Shown in pieces: positions 62,624 through 64,000 of a DNA stretch of 64,000 nucleotides (position 1 is the first letter of the stretch; the number at the start of each line of letters is the position of its first letter). The notes under the pieces were generated by a model that was given only the letters and a program-made list of their open reading frames with translations, had not been told where the DNA came from and did not search any database. The position numbers and the translations under genes are program-made. Origin of the DNA: an uncultured Lachnospiraceae bacterium (lineage in GTDB: Bacteria; Bacillota; Clostridia; Lachnospirales; Lachnospiraceae); assembly GCA_947625755.1 (NCBI GenBank), contig CANQPJ010000005.1, forward strand, positions 15,832-79,831, read 5' to 3'.

Positions 62624-63217
62624 TTAAAGTTCTCCGTTTGCTATAGCATTTATTGCTGCCGGTAATATTTTCCACTCTGCCTGTTCCATAACGCGCCTTT
62701 GCAGGATTTCCGGTGTATCTCCCGGTAAAACTTCAACCGCTTTCTGGTAAATAATCGGTCCTGTATCTGTCCCCTCATCTACAAAATGAACCGTGGCGCC
62801 TGTAATCTTCACACCCCGTTCCAAAACCTTTTCATGTACATGTAATCCATAAAATCCCTTTCCACAGAATGACGGAATTAATGATGGATGTATGTTAATA
62901 ATCTTATTTCTGTATTTTGCAATCAACTCCGGTGGCAGTACCATCAAAAAGCCTGCAAGTACAATCAAATCAAGATGATAGGAATCTATCCTTTCAGTCA
63001 GCGCCCTGTTAAACGCATCTCTTGTTTCATAATCTTTAACACATACACATTCTGCCGGAATATTATTATCCTCTGCCCTTGTCAATGCGTAAGCATCTTT
63101 TTTATTGCTAATAACAACCTCTAATGAGACATTTGTAATATCTCCACTATTCACTGCATCAATAATCGCCTGTAAATTAGTACCACTGCCGGATACCAGA
63201 ATTCCTACTCTCATCAT
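62624..63217 (-). CDS. purN: Phosphoribosylglycinamide formyltransferase
   Basis: LVSGSGTNLQA, INIHPSLIP, GATVHFVDEGTDTGPII. Confidence 0.97.
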   Translation of the reverse strand: MMRVGILVSGSGTNLQAIIDAVNSGDITNVSLEVVISNKKDAYALTRAEDNNIPAECVCVKDYETRDAFNRALTERIDSYHLDLIVLAGFLMVLPPELIAKYRNKIINIHPSLIPSFCGKGFYGLHVHEKVLERGVKITGATVHFVDEGTDTGPIIYQKAVEVLPGDTPEILQRRVMEQAEWKILPAAINAIANGEL

Positions 63218-63238
63218 AACTTTTTGCTCTTTGCCTTT

Positions 63239-64000
63239 TTATATAATCTCTACTGATTTTTGACCTGTTTCTATTTCTCCGACAAGAAAACATTTCTCTC
63301 CTGCCGATTCAATCGCTTTCATTACAGTCTCCACATCTTTTTCATCAACTGCTAATAACATTCCAATACCCATGTTATAAGTATTGTACATCATTTTTTC
63401 TTCAATCCCGCCGGTCTTCTGAAGTAATGTAAAAATTGGCGGAACGTCATAAGAGTCCTTTCTCACAACTGCCTTGACACCATCCGGCAGCATTCTCGGA
63501 ATATTTTCGTAAAAACCGCCACCGGTAATATGACTGCATCCATGGATTACCACGCCGGCATCTCTGATAGCATTCAGTGCCTTTACATAGATAATGGTAG
63601 GTGCAAGCAAAGCCTCTCCTAGCGTTGTTCCAAGTTCATCATAATATGTATTTAATGACTCTTTTGTCATGTCAAAAACTTTTCTTACCAGCGAAAATCC
63701 ATTGCTGTGTACACCTGATGATGCAATCCCAATCAGTTTGTCACCCGGTTTAATATTTTCTCCGGTAATTAAATCCTTCCTGTCAACAACTCCCACTGCA
63801 AATCCTGCCAAATCATAATCGTCTTCCGGCATCAGTCCCGGATGTTCTGCTGTTTCTCCGCCAATCAATGCGCAGCCTGACTGTTTACAACCTTCTGCCA
63901 CACCTTTGACAATTTCAGCAATCTTCTCCGGAAAGTTCTTTCCACATGCTATATAATCCAGAAAGAACAATGGTTCCCCGCCACCACAGACAATATCATT
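63239..64000 (-). CDS. purM: Phosphoribosylformylglycinamidine cyclo-ligase (5' end outside the window)
   Basis: NDIVCGGGEPLFFLDY, GGETAEHPG, SSGVHSNGFSL, HITGGG, YNMGIG; frame is open to the window edge. Confidence 0.97.
   Translation of the reverse strand, partial: NDIVCGGGEPLFFLDYIACGKNFPEKIAEIVKGVAEGCKQSGCALIGGETAEHPGLMPEDDYDLAGFAVGVVDRKDLITGENIKPGDKLIGIASSGVHSNGFSLVRKVFDMTKESLNTYYDELGTTLGEALLAPTIIYVKALNAIRDAGVVIHGCSHITGGGFYENIPRMLPDGVKAVVRKDSYDVPPIFTLLQKTGGIEEKMMYNTYNMGIGMLLAVDEKDVETVMKAIESAGEKCFLVGEIETGQKSVEII

Noticed and set aside
62602-62624. Absence of purH between purN and purD
   Set aside because: pur gene order is variable in Clostridia, and the window covers only part of the pathway.

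Overview
Low-GC (AT-rich) chromosomal segment of a spore-forming Clostridia bacterium, most consistent with Lachnospiraceae (spoIIID-mreB/mbl, lineage-type rpoB insertion, V-type Na+-ATPase). Almost all genes are on the minus strand. It is mainly housekeeping: four-subunit pyruvate:ferredoxin oxidoreductase (porCDAB), rpmG-secE-nusG-rplKAJL-rpoBC, comF-recD2, greA, citrate synthase, proB, a nine-gene V-ATPase operon followed by a D-2-hydroxyacid dehydrogenase, tRNA-Trp, radA, clpC and purM(partial)-purN-purD. Recognisable RNA elements are a preQ1-I riboswitch, an L10 leader and two L1-binding sites. I found no integrase, transposase, prophage or CRISPR array. The most unusual signals are small and missing from the ORF track. 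(1) A non-coding 74-bp tandem array with internal inverted arms lies between rplL and rpoB and runs directly into a ToxN/AbiQ-like (type III toxin) coding remnant; part of the unit recurs 34 kb away. (2) The tRNA-Trp(CCA) has an unpaired 27:43 position, giving a 4-bp anticodon stem. (3) A protein with an IscB-PLMP-like N-terminus has a duplicated hairpin/SD motif around its start. (4) The preQ1 riboswitch begins 11 nt after the rpoC stop codon. (5) An AAA/PD-(D/E)xK protein has both catalytic motifs degenerate. (6) A KdpD N-terminal NTPase domain stands alone behind a WYL regulator. (7) Two genes (HEPN toxin, MutT/MutX) have lost their cores by internal deletion. Family assignments come from motif recognition by eye; no database search was run.
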